A stretch of 64,000 bases of DNA from an uncultured Porphyromonadaceae bacterium (lineage in GTDB: Bacteria; Bacteroidota; Bacteroidia; Bacteroidales; Muribaculaceae): contig CAMHQD010000007.1 in the NCBI GenBank assembly GCA_946187345.1, positions 9,514-73,513 of the forward strand. Reading direction: 5' to 3'. Both the position numbers and the translations under genes were made by a program. Shown here in pieces: positions 51,862-62,227 of the stretch. The number at the start of each line of letters is the position of its first letter. The stretch's first letter is position 1. Under the pieces are notes generated by a model. The model was not told where the DNA came from. It saw only the letters and a list, made by a program, of their open reading frames with translations, and ran no database searches.

Positions 51862-52020
51862 CGAAATTCCGAGCACAAACCAAAATCCCGCCTCCAAAAA
51901 ACACAAGAGAACAGATGAGAGTGGACAGAGAGTGGATGAGAGAGGTGGGGGCTAAAGAGACAAAAGGGCCGTAGAACATGGGAGATGGGAGTTTCTCTCA
52001 TGTCCTCCTGTTTTTTGGGG

Positions 52021-52551
52021 TTACCGGGGAGAGGTGCGGCGGCCAACGGTGATGTCGTAGCCGAGCAGGGTGTAACTCACGTCGTAGGGGGTGGCGCTCT
52101 TGCGGGGCTTGCCGCTGCCGTGGTAGTAGAATTCGTGGTGGGTGTCGAACGTGCGGAACTCGCTGACGGTGGTCTTGCCGGGCTCGAGCACGGCGCGGAT
52201 GGTGACATCGCGCTCGTTGAACACTTCGCCGGACATCGTGCGGTAGGTGAGGTGGACGTGGACGGCGGCGATGGTGTGGCCGGTGTTGTTGGTCACCATG
52301 ACGCTCTCTTTGTTGTCCATGGGTCGCTTGCTGTAGCCGCGCAGGGTGATGTCGTCGGGCGAGACGGTATCGGTCGCGGCGATGCGCGTCTGACCGGGAC
52401 TGTTGATGGTATCAGGGGCGGCGGTGTGTGTCCGACCGGGACTGTTGATGGTCATGCGTTCGCCGGCCGTGAGGTTGCCTCGCGTGGTGTTGACACGCTG
52501 GGCGCTTCCGGCTAATGTGGCCATGAGAAAAAGCAATGTAATGACCCGCAT
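52021..52551 (-). CDS. Secreted protein, unknown function
   Basis: 176 aa with a signal peptide (MRVITLLFLMATLAGSAQ) and an internal duplicated INSPG(R/Q)T segment. Confidence 0.5.
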   Translation of the reverse strand: MRVITLLFLMATLAGSAQRVNTTRGNLTAGERMTINSPGRTHTAAPDTINSPGQTRIAATDTVSPDDITLRGYSKRPMDNKESVMVTNNTGHTIAAVHVHLTYRTMSGEVFNERDVTIRAVLEPGKTTVSEFRTFDTHHEFYYHGSGKPRKSATPYDVSYTLLGYDITVGRRTSPR

Positions 52552-52578
52552 ACGAGAAATAAATGAATAATTTGTGTC

Positions 52579-53223
52579 TCAAAGGTAAACGATGGGGCGC
52601 GTCGCCGCATCACTGGCCGGGTATATTTTCTTGAAGCCGAGCGGCATACGTTCGCCGCTGGGCTGCGGCACAACACTCATGCCGCCGAATAGTGATGGCA
52701 GAAACCGCAGCACGTTCACTCTCACTTTCACTTGCCAGTGTGGCGGGTCAAATGTGAGTTCGGTGTTGGCGGCATTGATATGGGCGACGGTTTTCAGTGG
52801 TGTGGTCAGGGTGAGGCGGTCACGCTCGCTGTAGAGGGTAAGTGAGACGCGGTCGGTGGTGGCACCCGGCTCGATGTGGCCGATGACAGTGCCGGGCAGC
52901 AGTTCCACGTCGTCGCCGGCAAGCATCACCATGATGTGGCAAGGGCTGATGCCTGTGGCATGAGGGCAGGGGAGCACGCCCACGGTCATGCTCTCGGCAG
53001 GGTAGTACCAGATGCCCTCGATACCCTGGACTGGCGAGGTGTCGACCCAATGTCGCATCCACGCCTCGTCGACGCCGTCCATCGCTCGCGGCACCGCCTC
53101 GAGGTGGCTCACCGCGCCGGCCGAAAACGACGTTAGCAGAAGCAAAACAATAACGGCAAAGCCTCCCCCTCCCAAAGGAGGGGTGACCTGGTTTATGTTC
53201 AGTCTCTCGTTGTTCATCGTCAT
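52579..53223 (-). CDS. Membrane-anchored or secreted protein, unknown function
   Basis: 214 aa with an N-terminal hydrophobic segment. Residues PPLGGGG near the N-terminus are encoded by a REP-1 copy, so the true start is uncertain. Confidence 0.45.
   Translation of the reverse strand: MTMNNERLNINQVTPPLGGGGFAVIVLLLLTSFSAGAVSHLEAVPRAMDGVDEAWMRHWVDTSPVQGIEGIWYYPAESMTVGVLPCPHATGISPCHIMVMLAGDDVELLPGTVIGHIEPGATTDRVSLTLYSERDRLTLTTPLKTVAHINAANTELTFDPPHWQVKVRVNVLRFLPSLFGGMSVVPQPSGERMPLGFKKIYPASDAATRPIVYL
53161..53186 (-). repeat. REP-1 copy, reverse orientation, inside the 5' coding part of 52579..53223
   Basis: gcctccccctcccaaaggaggggtgac. Confidence 0.7.
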
Positions 53224-53238
53224 TGTTTTGTCATTGCC

Positions 53239-53271
53239 GGCTCCCCTTATTTAGGAGGGGTGGGGGAGGCC
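53239..53271 (+). repeat. REP-1 copy, forward orientation
   Basis: ggctccccttatttaggaggggtgggggaggcc, between the stop at 53276 and the start at 53223. Confidence 0.8.
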
Positions 53272-53275
53272 ACCG

Positions 53276-54505
53276 TCAGATGGTGGCGAAGCGGTAAGCG
53301 AGGCCGAAACTGAGGATTTCCTTCAACTGCCAGTATTTCCAACTCTTGTCCCAGGTGTGGGACTTGTCGTAGCGTAGGTGGACGAAGATTTTGGTTGTCA
53401 GATACTTGGTGATGGTGAAGTCAAACGTGTTCTCAAAGTCGCCTTGCACATATTTGTAATTTGTGAACACATAGAGGCGGCTATTCCACGTGATGCTCGG
53501 CCCGAGTTTCATCATCAGTTTGGCCTCCACATTGCTACCGAAGTCGCTCTTGGTGTGGTGGCCGGCCTTGATGCCAAAGGTGGTCGGGTCAATGTCGGTG
53601 ATGTTGCGGCAAATCTTCAGGTTATAAGAGAACGGGGCGATGGCAAGGGTGAACACCTTGTCGCCATCCTTGCTCTTGTACTCGTAGGTCATACCGAGAC
53701 CGAGGTTCAACTCGCCTGGCGAGAGGAACGCGGCGGTCATGTCGCGCGTGTTCACCTTGTAGTTGTTGAAGAACTGCGTCTTGAACTGCAGCATCGCGCT
53801 GTAGTACCAATGCTTGACGGCCTTATAGCCCAGTTGGCTGGTGAAGAGGAAGTTGTCCTCGTTGATGGCATAGTTGCGCAGGCTGTCGGCATGGGCGGTG
53901 CTCACGCCGAGTTTGTACTGCACCAGGTTGTTGAACAGCCAGTTGGGGTGTACCTCTTGGTTGAGGTTGCAGGTCCACTTGACGTCGGCCAGGATGTTGA
54001 GGTTGTTCTCACCGCCCTGATACCAGTTGGGGCTGATATAGGCCTGGGTGAAGTGCAGCGAGCCATCGAAGGTGTGCAGCCAGTTGTGGATGGGTGCCGG
54101 CGGCGCGACGGGTGCGGTGACGTCGGCGGGTGCCTCGACGGGCGGCGTGTCGATGGTGAGCAGTGCCAGTTCGGGCGCAGCCTCGAGCACGGCGGCCTTC
54201 GGGGCTTCTGGCAGGGTCTGTGAGTTGTATTCCACCAGTTCGGGGTGGGCCAGGGCGGCGCGCAGCCTCGTGTCGCTGTCGTGGGTCGCCTGGCGGTCGG
54301 CGTCGGTGAGCCACTCGGGGGCGTAGGCCATGTCGGCGGCGCTACCGCTACGGTCGGCCACATCGGGCACGGCGATGGTGTCGACGGCGGCCACCTCGCG
54401 ATAACTGTCAAAAACCAGCGGCAAGGCAAGGGTGCCGGCGGCCTGCTGCGCCGCGGCGGGCAGCAGCGCGGCGAGCGTCATCATTGTGGTAATCGTTCTT
54501 TTCAT
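53276..54505 (-). CDS. Outer-membrane beta-barrel-like protein (DUF3078-like)
   Basis: 409 aa with a signal peptide and an Ala/Pro-rich linker. It then has FTQAYISPNWYQGGENNLNIL... and alternating beta-strand patterns ending LAYRFATI. The family call is from motif memory only. Confidence 0.55.
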   Translation of the reverse strand: MKRTITTMMTLAALLPAAAQQAAGTLALPLVFDSYREVAAVDTIAVPDVADRSGSAADMAYAPEWLTDADRQATHDSDTRLRAALAHPELVEYNSQTLPEAPKAAVLEAAPELALLTIDTPPVEAPADVTAPVAPPAPIHNWLHTFDGSLHFTQAYISPNWYQGGENNLNILADVKWTCNLNQEVHPNWLFNNLVQYKLGVSTAHADSLRNYAINEDNFLFTSQLGYKAVKHWYYSAMLQFKTQFFNNYKVNTRDMTAAFLSPGELNLGLGMTYEYKSKDGDKVFTLAIAPFSYNLKICRNITDIDPTTFGIKAGHHTKSDFGSNVEAKLMMKLGPSITWNSRLYVFTNYKYVQGDFENTFDFTITKYLTTKIFVHLRYDKSHTWDKSWKYWQLKEILSFGLAYRFATI

Positions 54506-54507
54506 AT

Positions 54508-54535
54508 TTCGTTATTCGTTATTCGTTATTCGTTT
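54508..54535. repeat. Heptanucleotide array (TTCGTTA)x3-4 in the 5' UTR
   Basis: ttcgttattcgttattcgttattcgttt begins 3 nt upstream of the minus-strand start codon at 54505. The mRNA reads (TAACGAA)n. Confidence 0.85.
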
Positions 54536-54597
54536 TTCAAAACGGCGAGGCCGTTTTGCACACCACTCTTTTGTTACTCTTCTATTCTCTCTACAGC

Positions 54598-54631
54598 CGG
54601 CTCCCCTCCTTTAGGAGGGGTGGGGGGAGGC
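54598..54631 (+). repeat. REP-1 copy, forward orientation
   Basis: ggctcccctcctttaggaggggtggggggaggc abuts the stop codon of 54633..55253. Confidence 0.85.
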
Positions 54632-54632
54632 T

Positions 54633-55253
54633 TTATGCGTCGTAGATGCGGCGGCCGTCGGGTTTCTCCGGCTCCGGCTTGGGCTTTTGGTTTTTCTTGT
54701 CGTGTTGCTGCTTCTCGGCGTCCTCACGCTTTTGCACCTTTTGGCGCTTGAGGCCTTTCTTTGGACGGTCTTTGCCGATGGCAAAACTCTTGATGATATT
54801 GTCCGTAGTCTCACGGTTGCCGTAGAGGTAGTTGATGGTCACCTCCACAATCAGGTCCTTCTTGTCGCTCACCAGGCAGGCGATGACGGCCCGCGAGCCG
54901 TCGGGCATGGTGCCGTCGATGGCAAACGTCTTGAACCCTTTCACTTTATACTTCGGGGTGGAGGTGTCAAACATGCCGTAGCCGAGCGCGACGCTCTGCA
55001 GATGCTCGGGCAGGTAGTCTTTCTCCTTGGCGCCCTGGCGCTTGGTGAACAGTTGCACCGTGACGGCCATCTCGTCCCAGCGAATGTCGAAGCGCGTGTT
55101 GCTGTTATAGGTCACCCAACCCTCGTCCGGTGTCTCGAACGACAGTTCGTGGGCACTCCAGTTGAACACTTCGGCCGAGGCAGTGGCTGCCCATAGCAAA
55201 GTACAAAGTACGAAGTACGAAGTACGAAGTATAAAGTCAGACGTCGTTTTCAT
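54633..55253 (-). CDS. Secreted protein with Lys-rich C-terminal tail, unknown function
   Basis: I used the ATG at 55253 (MKTTSDFILRTSYFVLCTLLWAATASA), which overlaps the upstream stop as ATGA. The track's longer start runs through the GH25 gene. The signal peptide is encoded by a GTACGAA heptamer array. Confidence 0.55.
   Translation of the reverse strand: MKTTSDFILRTSYFVLCTLLWAATASAEVFNWSAHELSFETPDEGWVTYNSNTRFDIRWDEMAVTVQLFTKRQGAKEKDYLPEHLQSVALGYGMFDTSTPKYKVKGFKTFAIDGTMPDGSRAVIACLVSDKKDLIVEVTINYLYGNRETTDNIIKSFAIGKDRPKKGLKRQKVQKREDAEKQQHDKKNQKPKPEPEKPDGRRIYDA
55201..55235. repeat. Heptanucleotide array (GTACRAA)x5, three perfect GTACGAA units
   Basis: gtacaaagtacgaagtacgaagtacgaagtataaa. 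On the coding strand it encodes ILRTSYFVLCT of the signal peptide. Confidence 0.9.
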
Positions 55254-56050
55254 TGCTTGCTTTTGTCTAAGAATTCGTCCCATTGCTTGCTGTCGCCACA
55301 AAAGACGTTCAGGTCCACCTCGCCCTTGACGCCCTTGACGCTGCCGTGGTGGTCGATTTGCTGGATGACGTGTCCGCGGTGGGCCACCTTGTCCATGTCC
55401 TGGAAGGAGCATAGCCACAGGTCCATGTCGTCATCGCGGTCGTAGGTGCCGGCATAGACGGCTTTATAACCGTCGCCGTTGGTGTAGATGAGCAGCCGTT
55501 GGTGTCCGGCCTCACGTAGGGCGGTGACCATGTCACGCAGGTTGCGTTTCACCTCGGCATTGTAGTTCCGGTTGAGTTTGCTGTCTTTCTCCACATCAAT
55601 GGCTAATGGCATGTCGAGTTGTAGTCCTTTGATGGCCTCGAGAAAGTTGAGAGCCTGCTCTTGTCCGTTGCGTTTGAAGATGAAGTAATGGTACGCTCCC
55701 ACTTTGAGGCCGGCAGCCGCGGCGTTTCGGGTATGGGTGCGGCGCATGCCGTCCTTGAGGGTGACACCTTCGCTGGTTTTGACAAAGGCGAACTTGTGCC
55801 CGGCCTGTGCCACACGCTTCATATCCACCAGGCCATTGTGTTTCGACACGTCGATGCCGGTGATTGAATATCCGTTGATGGATGGTGTGGCGGGGTAGTA
55901 GTGGCGCCACACTTTCCATGCGCCACAGCCCACGGCGATGATTGCGGCGGCAAGCAACAACCACCGGCCGGCGCGCCGCGCGTCGCTTTTGGCGGAGCGC
56001 AGGATGCGAGCCAGGCCGTTGGCCGTCTTTTTCTGTCGCCGTTTCTTCAT
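55250..56050 (-). CDS. Glycoside hydrolase family 25 lysozyme (muramidase), membrane-anchored
   Basis: It has an N-terminal basic region plus a TM helix, then ITGIDVSKHNG...FAFVKTSEG...GAYHYF, typical of the GH25 catalytic domain. Confidence 0.8.
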   Translation of the reverse strand: MKKRRQKKTANGLARILRSAKSDARRAGRWLLLAAAIIAVGCGAWKVWRHYYPATPSINGYSITGIDVSKHNGLVDMKRVAQAGHKFAFVKTSEGVTLKDGMRRTHTRNAAAAGLKVGAYHYFIFKRNGQEQALNFLEAIKGLQLDMPLAIDVEKDSKLNRNYNAEVKRNLRDMVTALREAGHQRLLIYTNGDGYKAVYAGTYDRDDDMDLWLCSFQDMDKVAHRGHVIQQIDHHGSVKGVKGEVDLNVFCGDSKQWDEFLDKSKQ

Positions 56051-56083
56051 CTTGATGTGAGCAATGGGTTGTCGCTGCCGCCA

Positions 56084-56114
56084 ACTCCCCTCCTTTAGGA
56101 GGGGTGGGGGGAGG
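56084..56114 (+). repeat. REP-1 copy, forward orientation
   Basis: actcccctcctttaggaggggtggggggaggc, between the yidC stop (56121) and the GH25 start (56050). Confidence 0.85.
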
Positions 56115-56120
56115 CTTTCT

Positions 56121-58229
56121 TTAGCGGCGGCGCTTGCCGTGCGACTGCTGTTTGCGCTGTTGTTGCTCGAGCATGGCCTGCTGTTGCTTCTGGGCCTCGG
56201 CCAGGCGTCCCATGCAGCCCTGGCGCTCGCTGGCCGGCTTGGCGCGGTTCTCGGCGATGGTGCGTTGCACGTCCTCCTCCTTCACCAGCGCGCGGCACAG
56301 GTAGGTCTGCGCGATGGTAATCAGCAGCGAGATGAAGTAGTAGTAACTCAAGCCCGAGGCGTAGTTGTTGAAGAACACGAGGAACATGATCGGCATCAGG
56401 TACATCATCCACTTCATGCCCGGCATCTGGTTCTGCTGCGACTGTGACTGCATCGTCAGGTAGGTGTAAACGATATTGGTCACCGTCATCAGCAAGCAGA
56501 AGAGGCTGATGTGGTTGCCGAAGTAACTCGAGATTAAGGGAATCTGGGTGTTCCACTCAAAAATCTTGTCGGGCGCGCTCAGGTCGTTCGCCCACAGGAA
56601 CGACTGTCCGCGCAGTTCGATGCTCGAGGGGAAGAAGGTGAACATCGCGATCAGGATGGGCATCTGCAGCAGCATCGGCAGGCAGCCGCCAAAGGGGCTC
56701 GCGCCGGCCAGCGAGTAGAGTTTCATCGTCTCTTGCTGGCGCTTCATGGCGTTGTCGTCGCCGGGATACTTGTTGTTAATCTCGGCAATCTCCGGCGCCA
56801 ACAGGCGCATCTTGGCCTGCGACATATAACTCTTGAACGTCAGCGGCGACAGGACCAGTTTGATGATGATGGTCAACAGTAGGATGATGATGCCGTAACT
56901 GTTGATGAACTTGCCCAGGAAGGTGAAAATGGGGATGATAATCCACGTGTTGATCCAACGGAACAGAGCCCAACCCAACGAGATGAGGCGCGTGAGGTCC
57001 AGGTCCTCCTTGGGCGAGAAACTGTCGTAACTTGACAGCAGTGGGTAGCGGTTGGGGCCGAGGAAGACGTAGAACGACGCGGGTCGCTCACTCAGGCTGC
57101 TATAGGGCAGTGTGGTGGCGAAACTCAGGTTCTTGAGGTAGGTGTCGTAGCGCGGGTCGCCCTTGTCGATGCTCGTGCTCTCAAATTTGCCGCCCACCAT
57201 CACGCTGTCGGCGATGAGCACGGTGGAGAAGAACTGGTTTTTGGCGGCCATCCACTTGAGGTTGTCTTGCGTCTCGTCGTCATCGTTGCCGGACTCGCTC
57301 AGGTTGCTCACTCCGCCGCCGGCACTTTTGTAGTAGATGGCGCTGTTGCGCTCCTCAAACATCTTGCCCTCCTCATGGCGGCTCATCAACTGGTTCCACT
57401 TGAAGTCGATGGTGGAGATGTTGGTTGGGATGATGTGGTCCATGCCGCTCTGCTCGAGTTCCATACGCACCATGTAGGTGCCGGGCACGAGGGTGTAACG
57501 CAGGCTCCAGCGTGCGCCGCCGGCCAGATTGAGGCTCATCACGGCGGTGCTGTCGTTCACCTGCTCGGGGGTGAAATACAGGTCTTTGGTCTCAAACCGC
57601 TGGGTGTTGTTGGCCAGCGTGAAACTCATCGTGTTTTCGTTGCCTTTGAAGAGTTGCAGCGGTTTGCCGAAGGCGGTGTAGGCCTTGAGGGTGGCGCCCG
57701 CAATCATACCGCCGTGGCTGTTGATGTTCACGGCAACGCTATCGTTTTGGAGGGTGACCACGGTCTCGGTGCCGCTCAGGTTGGCGGCAAAATCGCCGCT
57801 GGCGAGGTAGCGCGCGGTGGCGTTCTTGACGGCAAGCACGGCCAGGTTGTTGAGGCGCGCGTCGGCCACCTTGCCGTCCACGATGTCGCTATAGGTGACG
57901 GTTGTGTCCTTGAGGGCGATGGTGCCCACCACGCGGCGGTTGGCGTCAAGGGTGAGCGTCACTCCGCCGTCGGCGATGGTGGCTGCGGCGCTGTCGGCGG
58001 TGGCCATCGTCGCCAGCACGCTGTGCAGGCGCTCGAGGTCGGTGGCGGCGAGCGTGTCGCGACGGCCAATCACGCCGGCGGCGGCCTCGTCGGCGGCCGC
58101 GGCCGCCGCGATGCTGTCCTGGCGGTGGCGTTGTGCCTCAATCTCGGCTTGTGATGGCGTGTTGAGCCACATGAAGCCGAAAATCACGGCACACATCAAT
58201 ATCATTCCTGTGATTGAATTCTTGTCCAT
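56121..58229 (-). CDS. yidC: Membrane protein insertase YidC
   Basis: 702 aa. It has an N-terminal TM, a large periplasmic domain, a C-terminal 60-kDa IMP core (PLLSSYDSF..., GCLPMLLQMPILIAMF) and a basic tail. It lies downstream of pyrG, as is usual in Bacteroidota. Confidence 0.9.
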   Translation of the reverse strand: MDKNSITGMILMCAVIFGFMWLNTPSQAEIEAQRHRQDSIAAAAAADEAAAGVIGRRDTLAATDLERLHSVLATMATADSAAATIADGGVTLTLDANRRVVGTIALKDTTVTYSDIVDGKVADARLNNLAVLAVKNATARYLASGDFAANLSGTETVVTLQNDSVAVNINSHGGMIAGATLKAYTAFGKPLQLFKGNENTMSFTLANNTQRFETKDLYFTPEQVNDSTAVMSLNLAGGARWSLRYTLVPGTYMVRMELEQSGMDHIIPTNISTIDFKWNQLMSRHEEGKMFEERNSAIYYKSAGGGVSNLSESGNDDDETQDNLKWMAAKNQFFSTVLIADSVMVGGKFESTSIDKGDPRYDTYLKNLSFATTLPYSSLSERPASFYVFLGPNRYPLLSSYDSFSPKEDLDLTRLISLGWALFRWINTWIIIPIFTFLGKFINSYGIIILLLTIIIKLVLSPLTFKSYMSQAKMRLLAPEIAEINNKYPGDDNAMKRQQETMKLYSLAGASPFGGCLPMLLQMPILIAMFTFFPSSIELRGQSFLWANDLSAPDKIFEWNTQIPLISSYFGNHISLFCLLMTVTNIVYTYLTMQSQSQQNQMPGMKWMMYLMPIMFLVFFNNYASGLSYYYFISLLITIAQTYLCRALVKEEDVQRTIAENRAKPASERQGCMGRLAEAQKQQQAMLEQQQRKQQSHGKRRR

Positions 58230-58253
58230 TTATTTTCGTTTTTCGTTTTTCGA
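58230..58253. repeat. Heptanucleotide array (TTTTCGT)x3 in the yidC 5' UTR
   Basis: ttattttcgtttttcgtttttcgag starts directly upstream of the start codon at 58229. The mRNA reads (ACGAAAA)n. Confidence 0.8.
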
Positions 58254-58266
58254 GTAGTCGATGTGA

Positions 58267-59955
<1,689 letters not shown>

Positions 59956-60055
59956 CTGAAAAAGTACGAAGTAACCAAAACGGCTTAACCGTTTTCCACC
60001 GTTTTGCGCTCACCCCCCCTAATTATTTCCCGCAAAGGAGAAAATAGCCATGATA

Positions 60056-61489
60056 TCAGTTGAAGAGGTCATCCATTGTAATAACCTTGGTGAAGCGGTT
60101 GCTGTAGGGCGTGCGCGCCAGTCCCCAAGTGGTCACAAGAGTCATGTGGAGCGATGAGCGCGAGTGTGTCTCAGAGGCAAAGAGGCTTAGTTTGTGCCGC
60201 AACTGTTTGTCGTAGGCGGCGTCAACTGCGAAATCGTCTTTGCAGAATTTCATTTCGCAAAGGTTGATGACGTGGTCGGCTCGCTCGATGACCATATCCA
60301 CTTGAGCACCGTCACTCACCGCGTCGCTGTGCCACGGGCATGCGGTAGTCTGTACGCCCGAGATGCCCAATGCCTGTTTCAATTGCGCCAGGTGATTAAA
60401 ACAAACCGCTTCAAAAGCAAAGCCACGCCAAGCGTTCAAAGCCGGTGTCTCGTCATTATCTTGCCAGAAAGTCGGATTGTGGTGCTTGTTCTTGCTGTTG
60501 AAATAGAGCCAGAACAAGCAGAACATATCCGACAAACGGTAGTAGGTGTGTCGCTCGCTATGGCCGTAGTTGACGTATGTTGAGACGAAATCGCTTACCA
60601 CCAGAGTGTTAAGCAGCGTCGTTAGGCCGCCGCCGTTCATGCCGGTGTGGCCGGCGATCTCTTTGCGAGTGTAGCCGATGCGCTTTGTTGACAGAAATTT
60701 TACCAATGCTTTACACTCTTCGGCGTTGACAAACGCTGATGCGAAGAGGCGGTCAAACTCCATTCGCAACGGCGCTGTTGGCGCAAATACCAGGAGGTCG
60801 ATATTCTGCGCCAACGACAGGTCGCGCTTGAATTGCGACAGATAATACGGCACCCCGCCAAAGACCATATAACTTATCATTTGGTCATAGCGGCCTAATT
60901 CAATGTCCATTGACTTGAAATAGGCTTCACATTCTCCAATCGAAAACGGTGCCAATTTGATTTCGCTCGTCAAGCGCCCGTAGAGCCCGCCGTGATTGTT
61001 GATTAGTTTATCGTTAATCCATGATGTGGCCGAGCCGCATGTGACCAACATGACGCGTGGCTGTCCGGCCGCCCACCCGTTCCAGAAGTGTTCCAGAGCG
61101 GTAATGAATCCCGAGCGGGCTGTGTCCATCCATGGCATCTCATCGATGAATACGAGTAATCTCGCTTCGCTTTTGCTTTCCAGTAGCGCAATCAGTCTGT
61201 CGAAGGCCTCAAGCCAGTTGGCGGGTGGTTGTGTGTGCATGTCGCCATACCTGACAAGCGAACTGTGGAATGACTGCAACTGTTGCGCCAATAGTTTGTT
61301 AGGCGCCAGTTCCGCTGGTGATAGCCCGGTGTGGTAAAAAGAGAACTGGCCATCAAATAACTCTCTCACAAGGTATGTCTTGCCCACGCGACGCCGGCCA
61401 TAGACAACGACAAACTCCGGTTTGGCGCTATTATATCGCGCCTGCAATTCTGCGATTTCGGCTTTGCGGCCCAGAATTAATTGTCCCAT
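60056..61489 (-). CDS. AAA-type ATPase (archaeal-ATPase/DUF234-like) with C-terminal PD-(D/E)xK-like module
   Basis: I used the ATG at 61489 (MGQLILGRKAEIAEL). It has Walker A VYGRRRVGKTYL and Walker B LLVFIDEMPW. The C-terminus has QVDMVIERADHVINLCEMKF (D...E.K pattern). Confidence 0.7.
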   Translation of the reverse strand: MGQLILGRKAEIAELQARYNSAKPEFVVVYGRRRVGKTYLVRELFDGQFSFYHTGLSPAELAPNKLLAQQLQSFHSSLVRYGDMHTQPPANWLEAFDRLIALLESKSEARLLVFIDEMPWMDTARSGFITALEHFWNGWAAGQPRVMLVTCGSATSWINDKLINNHGGLYGRLTSEIKLAPFSIGECEAYFKSMDIELGRYDQMISYMVFGGVPYYLSQFKRDLSLAQNIDLLVFAPTAPLRMEFDRLFASAFVNAEECKALVKFLSTKRIGYTRKEIAGHTGMNGGGLTTLLNTLVVSDFVSTYVNYGHSERHTYYRLSDMFCLFWLYFNSKNKHHNPTFWQDNDETPALNAWRGFAFEAVCFNHLAQLKQALGISGVQTTACPWHSDAVSDGAQVDMVIERADHVINLCEMKFCKDDFAVDAAYDKQLRHKLSLFASETHSRSSLHMTLVTTWGLARTPYSNRFTKVITMDDLFN

Positions 61490-61507
61490 AAGAAATATAT
61501 TTTGTCG

Positions 61508-61515
61508 CAAAGGTA
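61508..61515 (-). promoter_or_regulatory. Candidate -7 promoter box (TACCTTTG)
   Basis: The reverse complement of caaaggta lies about 19 nt upstream of the ATG at 61489, implying a very short leader. Confidence 0.4.
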
Positions 61516-61527
61516 ATAAAAAATCCG

Positions 61528-61622
61528 GTTGCGGCAAAATATAGTTTCGCTATTTTGCCGCAACGGGGTCGAAAATGCGCGTTGCGGCAAAATATAGTTT
61601 CGCTATTCTGCCGCAACGGGGG
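61528..61622. repeat. Two tandem copies (53-bp period) of a 41-bp palindrome
   Basis: gttgcggcaaaatatagtttcgctatt(t/c)tgccgcaacgggg occurs twice. It lies between the maf stop and the ATPase promoter. Confidence 0.85.
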
Positions 61623-61624
61623 TG

Positions 61625-62203
61625 TCAGAAGGTTTTCAGCAGGGTGTAGAGGCGCTGGATGGGCAGCCCCATCACGTTGTAGAAACTGCCCTGGATGCCG
61701 CGCACGCCGATGTAGCCTATCCATTCCTGGATGCCGTAGGCTCCGGCCTTGTCCATCGGGCGGTAGTTCTCAATGTAGTAGTCGATTTCCTCGTCGCTGA
61801 GTGTGTCAAACTCCACTTGGGTCTGGGCACTGAAACTTTGCAGCCGTTGAGCCGTGTGTACGGTCACGCCGGTCACTACCGAGTGGGTGGCGCCGCTCAA
61901 CAGTTGCAGCATCGCGCGCGCTTCGGCCTCGTCGTGAGGCTTGCCCATCACTTCGCCGTGGGGGGCGATGACCACTGTGTCTGCTGTGATAATTAACTGG
62001 TTATTATCGGGATAGTAGGCTTGTGCCTTGAGGCGCGACAGGTGTTCGGCAACCTGCATTGCGAGCATACCCTTTGGCACCACCTCCTCGATGTCGTCGC
62101 GCACCTCCACACGGAAGCGCACGCCGAGGCCGGCCAGCAATTCGCGGCGTCGCGGCGACCCGCTGGCCAGCACCACATCATATTTGTCTAAATTCTGTAG
62201 CAT
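61625..62203 (-). CDS. maf: Maf family nucleoside triphosphate pyrophosphatase
   Basis: 192 aa with VLASGSPRRRELL, ADTVV and DKAGAYGIQ motifs. Confidence 0.85.
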   Translation of the reverse strand: MLQNLDKYDVVLASGSPRRRELLAGLGVRFRVEVRDDIEEVVPKGMLAMQVAEHLSRLKAQAYYPDNNQLIITADTVVIAPHGEVMGKPHDEAEARAMLQLLSGATHSVVTGVTVHTAQRLQSFSAQTQVEFDTLSDEEIDYYIENYRPMDKAGAYGIQEWIGYIGVRGIQGSFYNVMGLPIQRLYTLLKTF

Positions 62204-62227
62204 AAGATTTAGTATATTAACGCTAAT

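Noticed and set aside
51862-52020. Possible sRNA or terminator in the spacer between the acyl-CoA ligase promoter and the upstream gene (word repeats gatgagag/ggacagag and the hairpin acatgggaga...tctctcatgt with a T-run on the plus strand).
   Set aside because: No plus-strand gene ends here and the stem is short with a mismatch. On the minus strand it may simply terminate 52021..52551. The evidence is too thin to annotate.
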